The notes under the pieces were generated by a model that worked only from the letters and a program-made list of their open reading frames with translations, was not told where the DNA came from and did not search any database. From assembly GCA_963833985.1 (NCBI GenBank), contig CAWIAD010000002.1:2976001-3040000 (forward strand): 64,000 nt of DNA. The letters are read 5' to 3'. Position numbers and translations under genes: made by a program. Source of the DNA: an uncultured Planctomycetaceae bacterium (GTDB taxonomy: Bacteria > Planctomycetota > Planctomycetia > Isosphaerales > Isosphaeraceae). Position 1 is the first letter of the stretch. Every line of letters begins with the position of its first letter. This document shows, piece after piece, positions 1 to 10,867 of this stretch.

Positions 1-369
1 CACGACGTCCAGATCGTGCGCCGGCAGCGTCAGCAGCAGTTCGTCGGTGCCCTGCCTGCGCTCGTCGGACCAGGCGGTCATGGCGATCGCCGGCACGAAC
101 AGCAAGAGCACGTAGGGCATGTACTTGTTGAGCTGATCCAGGTTCGCCAGGTTGCTCGAGAAGAACTCGGGCGACCAGAACGCGAGCCAGGCGCTCGCCA
201 GCACGAACAGTGTGATGAACACATATCCGGCCGGATTACTGAAATAGCTTTGCAGGTTGCGTTTGAAGATGGCCCAGATGACATGCGGTCGGAACGGCAA
301 GGGTCCGTCGGATCGCGACGCCGGGGGAGCCGGCGCCTTGGTGGTCGGTTTGGTCTCGAGCGTGGTCAC
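1..369 (-). CDS. ABC transporter permease (GldF-like), 5' part; continues beyond window start
   Basis: Manual translation from GTG at 369: ...[28 protein letters not shown]...[20 protein letters not shown]-2 permease motif; directly downstream of ABC ATPase. Confidence 0.85.
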   Translation of the reverse strand, partial: MTTLETKPTTKAPAPPASRSDGPLPFRPHVIWAIFKRNLQSYFSNPAGYVFITLFVLASAWLAFWSPEFFSSNLANLDQLNKYMPYVLLLFVPAIAMTAWSDERRQGTDELLLTLPAHDLDVV

Positions 370-537
370 CGGGAGAATCCTCTTTCAGGGTGGCGCGTGC
401 TGAATGGTACGGTGAGCGGCGTGTTCAGAACCTGCGGGATTTCAGGCCGGGGCAAACAGGCCCCGGAACAACGCCTCTCGACACGTGCCTCGACGCCTCG
501 CCACTCGTTCCTCGATACTCGCAACTCTCAAGGACAT

Positions 538-1266
538 TCAAACAGGCTGTGCCGTCATCGTATAGAACGCCTGCTCCAGGTTGCCGTTCTCGCGTGCCAG
601 ATCAGCCGGCTTGCCGTCGTAAACGATCTGGCCCTCGTGAATGAAGAGCACCCGGTCGGCCACGGGCTCGACCTCCTGGAGGATGTGGGTCGAGACCAGG
701 ATCGTCTTCGATTTGCCCAGGTCGCGGATCAGCGCGCGCACGCCGCGAATCTGGTTCGGGTCCAGCCCGCTGGTGGGCTCGTCCATGATCAAGACTTCCG
801 GATCGTGGAGCAGCGCCTGAGCCATCGACACACGCTGCCGGTATCCCTTGGAGAGCTTGCCGATGGGCTTGTGCTGAACAGATTCCAGTGCGCACTGCGC
901 GATCACGTCGTCCACGCGGCTGTGCAGTCTTGAACTGCCCAGGCCGCGCGCGCCGCCGAAGAACCGCAGCAGGCCCAGCGGCGTCATGTCCGGATAAAGG
1001 GGTCCGTTCTCCGGCAGGTACCCCAGGTGGTCCGCGGCGCTGATGCGGTCCGCCTGGACGTCGATTCCCGCGATCCGTGCCGTCCCGTGGGTCGGCGCCA
1101 CAAAACCGGTGAGCAGCCGCATCGTCGTCGTCTTGCCCGCCCCGTTGGGACCGAGAAAGGCCACGACCTGCCCCCTGGGTATCGAGAACGACACGTCGCG
1201 AACCGCCAGGAACGATCCAAACTGCTTGCACAGACCTTCGGCTTCAATCATGACGGGCGTGGACAT
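538..1266 (-). CDS. ABC transporter ATP-binding protein (GldA-like)
   Basis: Walker A GPNGAGKTT, signature LSKGYRQR, Walker B ILIMDEP-like, H-loop STH. Confidence 0.95.
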   Translation of the reverse strand: MSTPVMIEAEGLCKQFGSFLAVRDVSFSIPRGQVVAFLGPNGAGKTTTMRLLTGFVAPTHGTARIAGIDVQADRISAADHLGYLPENGPLYPDMTPLGLLRFFGGARGLGSSRLHSRVDDVIAQCALESVQHKPIGKLSKGYRQRVSMAQALLHDPEVLIMDEPTSGLDPNQIRGVRALIRDLGKSKTILVSTHILQEVEPVADRVLFIHEGQIVYDGKPADLARENGNLEQAFYTMTAQPV

Positions 1267-1584
1267 GCCGCAATGTTCCTCCCAGGCCTCGGATCAACGT
1301 CGGCCAGAAGATCGAGACGTACGACCGATCACGCAACCAGCCCGGTCAAGCGGGTACCGGGCCCATCGGTCGGTCATCCCGCGGTGCACAGGCGCACATC
1401 GCGCGGGCCTCGCTCCACTTCCCTACTTACGAGGGCTGGCCGAATGGGTTCATTATGCGCACACCGAAATCTGAACGCAACCGTCACGTTGGACATGTTG
1501 GACCTGGTCCCTTTCCCGGCGGCCTGCCCCGGCGTACACTCGATGGGTCGGCCAGCCTTCCATCAAGCAAGAACAGAAGCATCC

Positions 1585-2639
1585 ATGTCCAGCGCACCCG
1601 CCAGGCTTCGAGGCGCCCTGATCGGCTGCGGCTACGTCTCACAGCACCACCTTCAGGGTTGGACCCAGGTTCCCCGGGCCAGCCTGGTGGCGCTCTGCGA
1701 CCTCGACCCGGCGCGCCTCGAGCGCGCGCAGGCGATCATACCGGCAGCAACGTGCTACACTTCGGCGTCCGCGCTCTTCGAGGCAGACCCAGCACTTGAT
1801 TTCGTGGAAATCTGCACCCGGCCGGAGGCGCATCGGCCGCTCGTCGAACTGGCGGCGCGGCATGCAGCGCACGTGCTCTGCCAGAAGCCGGCGGCCGTGG
1901 AGAGGGCTGATCTGGAAGCGATGATCGCGGCCTGCGCGGAGTCCGGCGTGCGCCTCATGTTTCACGAGAACTGGCGCTATCGGCCCTGGTACCGCGCCTT
2001 GCGAGCCGAGATCGCCGCCGGCGCCATCGGCCGGCCGGTGCGGCTGCGGATCGCCCATCGCGACACCCGCGCCTGCGCGCCGGCGGCTACGACGACCAGC
2101 CCTATTTCCGGGAAATGCCCCGGCTCATCCTGCTGGAGATGGGCTGTCACCTGGTTGATACGGCCCGCTTTCTCATCGGCGAGGTCCGCTCGGTTTCGGC
2201 CACCCTGGGAAAGTTCGGGCCGTACACCCGGGGCGAGGACGTCGCGACGTTGTCGCTGGGTTTCGCCGGCGGCTGCCTGGGCCTCCTGGACATGAGCTGG
2301 TGCGCGCCGGCGGACCGGGCGCGTTCCGAGTGGGCGCTCAATGAGACGGTTGTGGAAGGAACGGCCGGCACGCTGCGGCTCCTGACCGACGGCACTCTGG
2401 AGTGGATCAGCCTGGAGGGGCGCAGCGAGCGCAGGCCCGTTGCCTTGCCTCCGGATCCCCAGGTTTACGTGGACGCCTACTTGCGCACGCAGACGCACTT
2501 CATCGACGGCCTGCTGACGGGCGCCCCACACGAAACCAGTGGCGCCGATACCCTGCGCACCATGGACGTGGTGTGGACTGCCTACCGTTCGGCTGACGAG
2601 GGCAGAACGCTGGCGATCGAGCCGGCTGGGCAAACGTAA
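1585..2639 (+). CDS. Gfo/Idh/MocA family oxidoreductase (frameshift near 2073)
   Basis: GALIGCGYVS Rossmann motif, CQKP, HENWRY; continues in another frame as ...LEMGCHLVDTARFL. Confidence 0.85.
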
Positions 2640-2717
2640 AGGACGATCGCACCGCAAGTTCTTACAAATCTCGGTACCAACAAGCTTGCTTTTCCGTCAT
2701 GGTTGCATCTGCGACCT

Positions 2718-3214
2718 AGTGGTCTGTCACAGCTAAGAATTGGGGTTGGGCGCCCCTTGGCCTATCGGGGCTGATGAGGGGACCACGAAGGTTCTCCAGG
2801 AATAAGAAAGACATCGTGCGGCTGACGGATGAGGAGCGGGTTGAGTTGGCGGTGACAGCCGGTGCAACTATTGAAGGAGACGCGCGTGCCGGTTCCTGCA
2901 ACCCGCCGGCATCCCAGGAGGGTCGACTACGAGTATGAGCGCACCGTGACGGCCGACATCTTCATGTTCGTTGAGCCGCTACATGCCCAAGCACGGCAGT
3001 TGGCTCAACATCGCCGAGAACGAACTGAGTTGTCTGCCCCCCCAGTGCGTCGCCGGTCGTCGCTTCGGCATTGCTCCGACCCTGCGCGGAGGCCACAGCC
3101 TGGTCCACCGATATCAATAGCATCCAACGCGCCTTGGACTGGCAGCTGAAGATCGACGACGCCCGATGCAAGCTGAAGTCGGTGTACCCCAAAATCAAGC
3201 GGTGACAGACCACT
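2718..3214 (+). mobile_element. Internally deleted IS630-family element (about 500 bp)
   Basis: Inverted ends AGTGGTCTGTCAC (2718) / GTGACAGACCACT (3214); transposase fragments KKDIVRLTDEER, RVDYEYER..ADIFMFVEPL, PKHGSWLNIAENELS, DWQLKIDDARCKLKSVYPK. Confidence 0.8.
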
Positions 3215-3383
3215 CGCTTGTGTCAGCCGTCCTGTCCGGGACCGGCGGCGGCGACCCGAATGCCCCCGGCCTTCTTTTCGCAAACCGTAGAGTTTCGCTA
3301 AACGGTTAAATTACCTCAGCCATCCCTCTCTTCCCAGATTTTCATGCTACATTAGAGCAGCACCTGTGAGGAGAGCGACATCC

Positions 3384-3662
3384 ATGAGCGCCTTGACCAC
3401 GCCCGGATTGAGTCTGGCGGGCGATTCGTTTCCCCGCGAGCTGATTGAGCTGAAGGAGAAGATCGCGGCTCAGCCGCCTGCGGTCCGCGCCGAGCTGGAG
3501 CCCCTGGTGGACGACGCCATGGAACACGCCTGGTTCCGAGGTCGCGCCATGGATCTGGCGCGGGACGCCCTGGAGAGCTTCCGATTCGAGATTGCCTTGC
3601 TGGAGTTCGACCTGGAGGCGACACGGAAGGAGCGAGAATGCGCGCGGGCAAGGGATTGCTGA
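3384..3662 (+). CDS. Small helical/coiled-coil hypothetical protein
   Basis: 92-aa ORF with GAGGAG upstream and natural composition (ELIELKEKI...LEFDLEATRKERE). Confidence 0.65.
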   Translation: MSALTTPGLSLAGDSFPRELIELKEKIAAQPPAVRAELEPLVDDAMEHAWFRGRAMDLARDALESFRFEIALLEFDLEATRKERECARARDC

Positions 3663-3679
3663 GCGACCCGGCCGCGCGC

Positions 3680-4720
3680 TCAGCGCCTGGCCCGGCGCTT
3701 GGGCTGGGCCAGCCAGGCGGTGACCACCCGGCCAACTTCCGCCAGGCTGTCGGCCGAGCAATTCTTGGGCAGGTCATCGGCCTTGTGCCAGTAGGGATAT
3801 TCGAAGTCGATGAGGTCGATCGCGGGGATGCCCGCGTTGTTGAGCGCGAGGTGGTCGTCGAGGACCTCCCGCCCCACCTGGAATCGGAAACCCTTGGCAT
3901 TGAGTTGCCGGGCCACGGCCCAGACGTCGCGAACCAGGTTGCCGGCCAGGTTCAGGCTGTTGGGCTCCTGATTGATTTGCAATTCCTTGCCGCCGATCAT
4001 GTCCAGGACCAGGCCGGCGACGTAGCGGACGCGGCTGTGCCGCGCTTCGACGTCCTCGACGTAGGCGCGGGCGAACTCCTTGGAGCCCAGGAAGTACTCG
4101 CCCTGCGTTTCGGGATGCCGCCCGTAGACCAGTTCTTCTCCGTCCAGGAGGACGAAATCGACACCCCAGGGGGTGTTCAGCTCGCCCAGGTGGTGGGCCA
4201 TCTCCATGAGCAGGGCCACGCCGGAGGCGCAGTCGTTGGCGCCCAGGAAGGGAAGCTGGTGCCGCTGGGGATCCGTCTCCTCGTCCGGGTGGGGGCGGGT
4301 GTCATAATGGGCCGTGATCACCACGCGCTGGGTGCGTTCGGGATGCCAGGAGCCGATCAGGTTGACCATGTTCACGCGCTGGCCGCCCAGCGGGTGCTGG
4401 GTGGAGAATGGCTGTTCGCGAATCGAGGCCCCCATCGCTTTCCAGTGGGCGGCGACCAGCTTGCGCTGCTTGGTATTTGCTTCGGAGCCGGCGATCCGCG
4501 GGCCCAGCTCGCAGATTCTCTCCAGGTAGCTGAAGGCACGCTTGCCGTCGATCGGGGCCGGGCTTGCTGCCATGGCGGAATTCGCCTCCAGGGTGCCGAG
4601 CCAGGAGGAGAATGGCACGATCGCGGCCACGGCGGCCAGGATGGCGAGCGCAATCACCAGGCCGCCCACGAGACGTGCGGCTCTCGAATGTCCCTTGTCT
4701 TTGCTTTCGCCTCTGGGCAT
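3680..4720 (-). CDS. M28 family Zn peptidase / glutaminyl cyclase-like, membrane-anchored
   Basis: AHYDTR, GANDCASGVA, DGEE, LDMIG, DDH, YWH motifs; N-terminal hydrophobic helix. Confidence 0.85.
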   Translation of the reverse strand: MPRGESKDKGHSRAARLVGGLVIALAILAAVAAIVPFSSWLGTLEANSAMAASPAPIDGKRAFSYLERICELGPRIAGSEANTKQRKLVAAHWKAMGASIREQPFSTQHPLGGQRVNMVNLIGSWHPERTQRVVITAHYDTRPHPDEETDPQRHQLPFLGANDCASGVALLMEMAHHLGELNTPWGVDFVLLDGEELVYGRHPETQGEYFLGSKEFARAYVEDVEARHSRVRYVAGLVLDMIGGKELQINQEPNSLNLAGNLVRDVWAVARQLNAKGFRFQVGREVLDDHLALNNAGIPAIDLIDFEYPYWHKADDLPKNCSADSLAEVGRVVTAWLAQPKRRARR

Positions 4721-4782
4721 CGGATCGGCTCCTTGCTCCTGCCGGACCAGCACAACCACAGGAAACCCCCGTCTTGCCGACG

Positions 4783-5362
4783 TCACCGGGTGAGTTCAGG
4801 ATAGGTGCGAAGCAAGAGGGCCAGCCGCTCCATCGGCAGGCCGACCACGTTGGAGAAGCTCCCCCGGATGACCGTCACGAACGGGTCGTCATCCTGCACG
4901 CCGTAGCCGCCCGATTTCCCCATCCAGAGGTTCGAATCGAGGTAGCGGATCCGCTCAGGATCCCTGAGCGGCCGGAACCGTACGACGCTATGCTCGATCG
5001 CCCCGACCCACTCGTCCCGGCCCGCGCGATAGAGGCACAGGCCGGTGACCACAGTCGTGTCGCGTCCTTCCTGGAGGCTCAATCATGCGGCGGGCGTCGG
5101 CCCGGTCCAGCGGCTTGTTGAGGATCTCCGACCCGACCGCACACACCGTGTCCGCCGCCAGGATCAGTGCGGAAGGTTGCTGATTGCCCACGGCCACGGC
5201 TTTCCGCCAGGCCAGGTCCGCCGCGTAGGCCGCCGGCGACGTACCGGCGGCTGGGTCTGGCTCGCTGATCTCGGAAGGATGAACCTCGAAAGTATAGCCC
5301 GCCTCCGTGAGCAACTGCCGGCGCCGGGGCGAGCTGCTGGCCAGGATGAGCGTCGGCTTCAT
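4783..5362 (-). CDS. maf: Maf-family nucleoside triphosphate pyrophosphatase (frameshift near 5081)
   Basis: LILASSSPRRRQLL, AADTV, KP, GKSGGYGVQ, SNVVGLP split over two frames. Confidence 0.9.
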
Positions 5363-5507
5363 TGAGTGGTCCAGAGCCGCCGGAGACCTTTTTTTCACGA
5401 GTTTCGTTGCGACCTGGACTGATCGTACGCCACCTCCCTCTTGTCAACAAGCCGGAAACCGAACAACCTGAAGAGGGAGACACTTCGCGCAGCTCAGGGA
5501 GCGCACC

Positions 5508-8500
5508 ATGCGTTGGCATCAACCTTTGCGAGCAAAACGGCCGCTGGCTGTCTTGTTTCCCTGCGCACTGCTGCTCTTATCGGCCTCATGGGTCCGGGGA
5601 AGAGTCCCTACCACTTCCGAGGGGGAGCGCTCCGGGGGGATGCCTCCGCGCGAGTCCCGGGACGCGATCCGCGTTCCACCGGGCTTCAAGGTGGATCTCG
5701 CCGCTTGCGAGCCCCTGGTGCGTGACCCCATCGCCCTGGACTGGGGCGCCGATGGCCGGCTCTGGGTCCTGGAGATGGGCGACTACCCCCTGGGGGCCGA
5801 CGGCAAAGGCAAGCCCGCGGGGCAGGTGCGAGTGCTGGAAGATGTTGATGGCGATGGAGTTTATGACAAGGCTACCACATTCCTGGACGGCCTTGCCTTT
5901 CCCACCGGACTGATGCCCTGGCGGCAGGGACTGCTGGTCGCCGCGGCGCCGGATATCTTCTATGCCGAGGACCGTGACGGCGATGGCAGGGCCGACCATC
6001 GCAGCGTACTCTACACCGGCTTCGTACAGGGGAACCCGCAGCACCGCGTCAACGGGTTCGAGCTCGGACTGGACGGCTGGGTTTACGGTGCCAATGGGGA
6101 TAGCGGAGGAACGATCCGCTCGCTCAAGACGGGAAAGACGGTGAATATCCAGGGTCGGGACTTCCGGTTCCATCCGGATACGGGCGAGTTCGAGGCCGAG
6201 AGCGGGCAGACCCAGTACGGCCGGCATCGTGACGACTGGGGCGACTGGTTCGGGACGAACAACCCGAGCTGGGGCTGGCACTTCGTGCTCAGCGAGTCCG
6301 ATCTGAAGCGCAATCCGTACTATGCCGCTCCCGACCCCCGGCAACCGCTCGAGCCTGACACCAGGCTCTATCCCATGAGCCGCATCCAGCCTCGATTCAA
6401 TGATCCCGGCGCGGCCGGCCATGTCACTTCGGGAAACAGCCCGACGCCATACCGCGATGACCTTTTCGGTCCCGAATTCGCTGCCAGCCTGTTCGTGAGC
6501 GAGCCCGTGCACAACCTGGTGCACCGGATGAAGCTTGAGCCAAACGGGGCAACCTATCGCGGAGTCCGGGCCGCGACCGAGACGAAGAGCGAGTTCCTGG
6601 CCTCGCGCGATAGCTGGTTCCGGCCCACCCAGATGAAGACCGGGCCCGACGGGGCGCTCTGGGTGGCCGATATGTACCGGGCGGTGATCGAGCACCCGGA
6701 GTGGATTCCCGCGCCGGTGCAGAAGCGAATCGACCTCCGCGCCGGCAGCGAGGAGGGGCGGATCTACCGGGTCTATCCGGCAGATCGCTCTCCGCGTCCC
6801 ATCCCTCGGCTTGACAGGCTTGACACTGCCGGGCTGGTGGCGGCACTGGATGCGCCCGGCGGGTGGCAGCGCGACACAGCCCAGCGGCTGCTGCTGCATC
6901 GCAGGGATCCATCGGCCGTCGGGCCCCTGCAAGCGCTGGCCCGCACGACCAGGCGTCCGCAAACGCGGGTGCAGGCGCTCTGGACCCTGGCCGACCTGAA
7001 TGCCCTGGACGAGACGACGGCCATCGCGGTGCTGGCCGATGATCACCCGCTGGTGCGCCGGGCCGCTCTCAAGGCCGGCGAGACGCTGCTGGCAAAAGCA
7101 CCCGCGTTCGCCTCCGCGGCACTCCGGGCCGTTGATGACCCCGATGCCCGTGTGCGGTTCCAGCTTGCGCTCGCGCTGGGGAGCTGGGCCGATCCGCGGC
7201 GCGGCAAGGCGCTGCGCAGCTTGCCCGCCGCGACCCGTTCGACCACTGGATCCGCGCCGCGGTCCTGAGCTCCGCGGCGCCACACGTGACCAGTTTCCTG
7301 GTCGAGCTCTTTCATTCCCCTGCCGAGCCGCCTCCGCTGGGCCTCGTTGAGCCCCTGGTTGTGCTGCTGGGGTCGACGGGCGACAGCGCGGCTGCCTCCG
7401 CACTGATCGACGTGCTGAGCAAGCCGGCGGGGCAGGGGGGCAAGCATGCGGCATGGCAGCTTGCCGCGGCGCGCGGCCTGCTCGAGGGAGCCGGACGCTC
7501 GCAGCACCCGATTGACCTTGCCCGTGAGCCCCGGCTGCACGGTCTGATGCAGGCGGCACGCGAGCTCGCGCGTGACCAGTCCGCCCCGCAGGCCGACCGG
7601 ATCCTCGCCGTGAACCTCCTCCAGCACGACGCCGCGACGGTCGAGGACGATCTCACTCTGCTGGTCGATCTGCTCTCGCCGCAGGTTCCCATCGCGGTGT
7701 CCCGTGCGGCCATCGTGGCACTGGGCCGGCTGGCGATCCCCCAGCTTCCCGATCGCTTGCTGGCGGGCTGGAAGAACCACTCGCCAGCCATCCGCAGCGC
7801 GGTGGTGGACTTGCTTCTCAGCCGCAAGGCGTGGACGAAGTCGCTCCTCAGCGCCATTGATGCGGCCCGGGTTGCGCCCGGGGAGATCAACCCGACCCAG
7901 CGCCTCGAATTGCTCGCCCACCGCGACCCGGAGACGAGAAAGCGTGCCCAGGTCGCCTTCTCGCACGTGGAGCAATCCAGGCAGAAAGTCGTGGAGGCGT
8001 ACCAGCCTGCGCTGTCGATGAGGGGCGACCCGGCCGCAGGGAAGGCGGTCTTCACGCAGGTCTGCGCAGGCTGCCATCGCCTGGGTGAACTGGGCGTCGA
8101 GGTCGGTCCCAATCTCGGCATCCTCACCGACAAGACGCCTGAGCCGCTCCTGATCTCGATACTCGACCCCAACCGTGCGTTCGAATTGCGCTACGCCAAC
8201 TTCACCATCGCCACCAGGGACGGGCGCCTTGTCTCCGGGCTGATCGCCAGCGAAACCGCCAACGCGGTGACGCTGCGCCGCCAGGACGGCAAGGAGGACG
8301 TCGTGCTCCGCACGGACATCGAGGAAATGACTTGCTCCGGCCAGTCGCTCATGCCCGAAGGCCTGGAAAAAGAGCTGAGCTTGCAAGACATGGCGAACCT
8401 GATCGCGTTTCTGGAGGGTGTGGAGCTTCCGCCCAAGGTCTTTCAGGGGAACCATCCGCACGTCGTGAAGCCAGGCTTCGACGGTACGATCCTGCTGCAT

Positions 8501-8935
8501 GCGGCGGATGCGGAAATCCGCGGCGACCGCCTCATCTTCGAGAGCAACCGCGGCGACCTCGGCTACTGGATGGCCGCCAACGATCGAGCCGCCTGGAAAA
8601 TCGAGGTTCCCCGGCCCGGCAAGTACAGCGTCTGGCTGGACTGGGCCTGCGCGTCTGATTCGGCCGGCAACCTGCTGGAGATCGACCTGGGCAAGCAGCG
8701 GATCCTGTTCCGCGTCCCCGCCACCGGAACCTGGGATCATTACTCTCGCAGTGTGATCGGTAGTCTCGAAGCACCGGCGGGAACCAACCGCGTCGAAATC
8801 CGCCCGGCGGCACCGCCCAGGAACTCACTTCTGGAGCTGCGCTGCATCGAGTTGCGGCCCATCAAGTCGACGGCCCGGGTTTCGGCCGTCGTACCCGGCC
8901 GTGCGACAGGCCCTGGCCCTCATGCCCGGCCCTGA
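5508..8935 (+). CDS. PVC-type heme-binding CxxCH protein (dehydrogenase-like propeller, HEAT repeats, cytochrome c, C-terminal CBM-like domain); frameshift near 7220
   Basis: VPPGFKVDLAACEP..DPIALDW; WFRP..GPDGALWVADMYR; CAGCH..VGPNL; SLMPEGLE; C-terminal beta-sandwich PATGTWDHY. Confidence 0.85.
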
Positions 8936-8960
8936 GCCCGTGAAGAACTGAGCCTTTTCC

Positions 8961-10368
8961 ATGAGCCAGCCATTTGATGTTCGGCCGGTCGCCGCGGAAC
9001 TTTACTTCCTGCCCATCAAAACCAGGGTCCCGCTGAAGTTCGGCCCCGAGATCACCACCGAGGTGACCTGCGCGGGTCCGCGTCACGCTGGCGGATGCGC
9101 AGGGCCGCAGAGCGAGCGGCTGGGGCGAGACCCCGCTCTCGGTGCAGTGGGTCTGGCCCAGCGCGCTGGGCTACGACGAGCGGCACCAGGCGCTCCGCGC
9201 CTTGACCGCCCGGATCACGGAATGCTGGCTCACAACGCCGGATCGGACCGGGCACCCCATCGAGCTGGGCCACCAGTTCCTGGAAGGCCGCCTGCCCGGC
9301 TTGCTGGCTCGATTCAACAGCGAGCAGCGTCAGGGAAAAGAGCCTGTTCCCTGGCTGGCGGCCCTTGTCTCCGCTTCGGCCTTCGATCTGGCAGTGCACG
9401 ATGCGTATGGCGTGCTCCACGGGCGGCCGACTTACGAGACATATAACAGCCATTACATGAATACGGACCTTGCTGCGTACCTGGAGCCAGCAAGCGCGGG
9501 GGTCTCCTTCGCCGGGCGCTCTCCCGAGGACTACCTGGTCCGTCCCCGGCCCGCGGCCGTGCCTGCCTGGCACCTGGTGGGCGGAACCGACCCGCTCGAC
9601 GCCTCGGAATTGACCGGCGCCGAGCCCGATGACGGCCATCCGGTGCTGCTCGCCGACTGGATCCGCCGGGATGGCCTGAAGTGCCTGAAGGTCAAGCTGC
9701 GCGGCAACGACGCAGAATGGGACTGGAACAGGCTGCTGCGCGTGGGACGGATCGCACAGGACCAGCGCGTGGACTGGCTCACCGCCGACTTCAACTGCAC
9801 GGTCGACGAGCCCGGCTACGTCATCGAGATCCTCGACCGGCTGCTGCGCGAAGCACCGCGCGTGTTCGGCATGCTGCTCTACGTGGAGCAGCCGTTCCCC
9901 TACGACCTCGAGGCCCATCGAATTGACGTACACGCAGTATCCGCACGAAAGCCGCTGTTCATGGACGAGAGCGCGCACGACTGGCGGATGGTGCGGCTGG
10001 GCCGCTCGCTGGGCTGGACGGGCGTCGCGCTGAAGACCTGCAAGACCCAGACCGGCGCACTCCTTTCCTTGTGCTGGGCGCGTGCCCACGGCATGACGCT
10101 CATGGTCCAGGACCTGACCAACCCGATGCTCGCGCAGGTCCCTCATGTGCTGCTTGCCGCCCACGCCGGCACGATCATGGGCGTCGAATCCAACGGCATG
10201 CAATTCTATCCCGATGCCTCGCTGCCCGAGTCTGCCGTCCACCCGGGGCTGTACCGCCGTCGCAACGGCATGCTCGACCTCTCGACGATCCGCGGCCCCG
10301 GCTTCGGCTACCGCGCCGGCGAGATCCATCGCACCTTGCCGGAACCCCACCTGAGAATCGCGGACTGA
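8961..10368 (+). CDS. Enolase-superfamily (mandelate racemase/muconate lactonizing-like) protein; frameshift near 9075
   Basis: KVKLRG (KxK), ADFN, VEQP, MDES metal ligands, terminal RGPGFG. Confidence 0.8.
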
Positions 10369-10410
10369 TCGCCCCCCCGATGGAAAACCGCCGCGCACAG
10401 AAAAAACGCC

Positions 10411-10459
10411 TTGACTCCTCAGACATGGCGTCTTAGAATCCGATTCAGACAACATGTCT
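10411..10459 (+). promoter_or_regulatory. Sigma70-type promoter with two AGAC-N5-GTCT palindromes (putative BlaI-family operators)
   Basis: TTGACT (10411)-17 bp-TAGAAT (10434); AGACATGGCGTCT 10421-10433 and AGACAACATGTCT 10447-10459. Confidence 0.7.
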
Positions 10460-10471
10460 GGGGGAGGGTTC

Positions 10472-10864
10472 ATGAAGCGGATCCAGGCGGATGTGACGGA
10501 GGCGGAGCTGGCGGTCTTGCAGGCGCTCTGGGATGCCGGGCCGGCCACGATCCGGCAACTGGTGGAACGCGTCTACGGCCAGGAGGGCACCTCGGTGTAT
10601 GCGACCGTGCAAAAGCTGCTGGAACGCCTCGAGGCCAAGGGCTGCGTGCAGCGTGACCGTAGCGAGGCTGTGCATGTGTTCCGTGCCGCGGTCGGCCGCG
10701 AGGATCTCATCGACCGGCGCTTGCGGGCTGTGGCCGATGCGCTTTGTGGTGGCTCACTGGCACCACTCTTGACCCACCTTGTCGCGGGAGGCGAGCTCAC
10801 CGCACGCGAACGCAAGGACCTGCGAGATTTGATTGATCGACTCGACCGCCAGCGAAGGAGGTGA
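10472..10864 (+). CDS. BlaI/MecI/CopY family transcriptional repressor
   Basis: TEAELAVLQALW, YATVQKLLERLEAKG winged HTH, CGGSLAPLLTHL; followed by M56 gene. Confidence 0.9.
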   Translation: MKRIQADVTEAELAVLQALWDAGPATIRQLVERVYGQEGTSVYATVQKLLERLEAKGCVQRDRSEAVHVFRAAVGREDLIDRRLRAVADALCGGSLAPLLTHLVAGGELTARERKDLRDLIDRLDRQRRR

Positions 10865-10867
10865 GCC

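Noticed and set aside
5586..8740. Long antisense ORFs (e.g. 5586-7559, 7043-8740, also 29841-31511, 38442-40100, 57933-58970, 59806-61305)
   Set aside because: Shadow frames of real genes, expected in high-GC DNA; no motifs.
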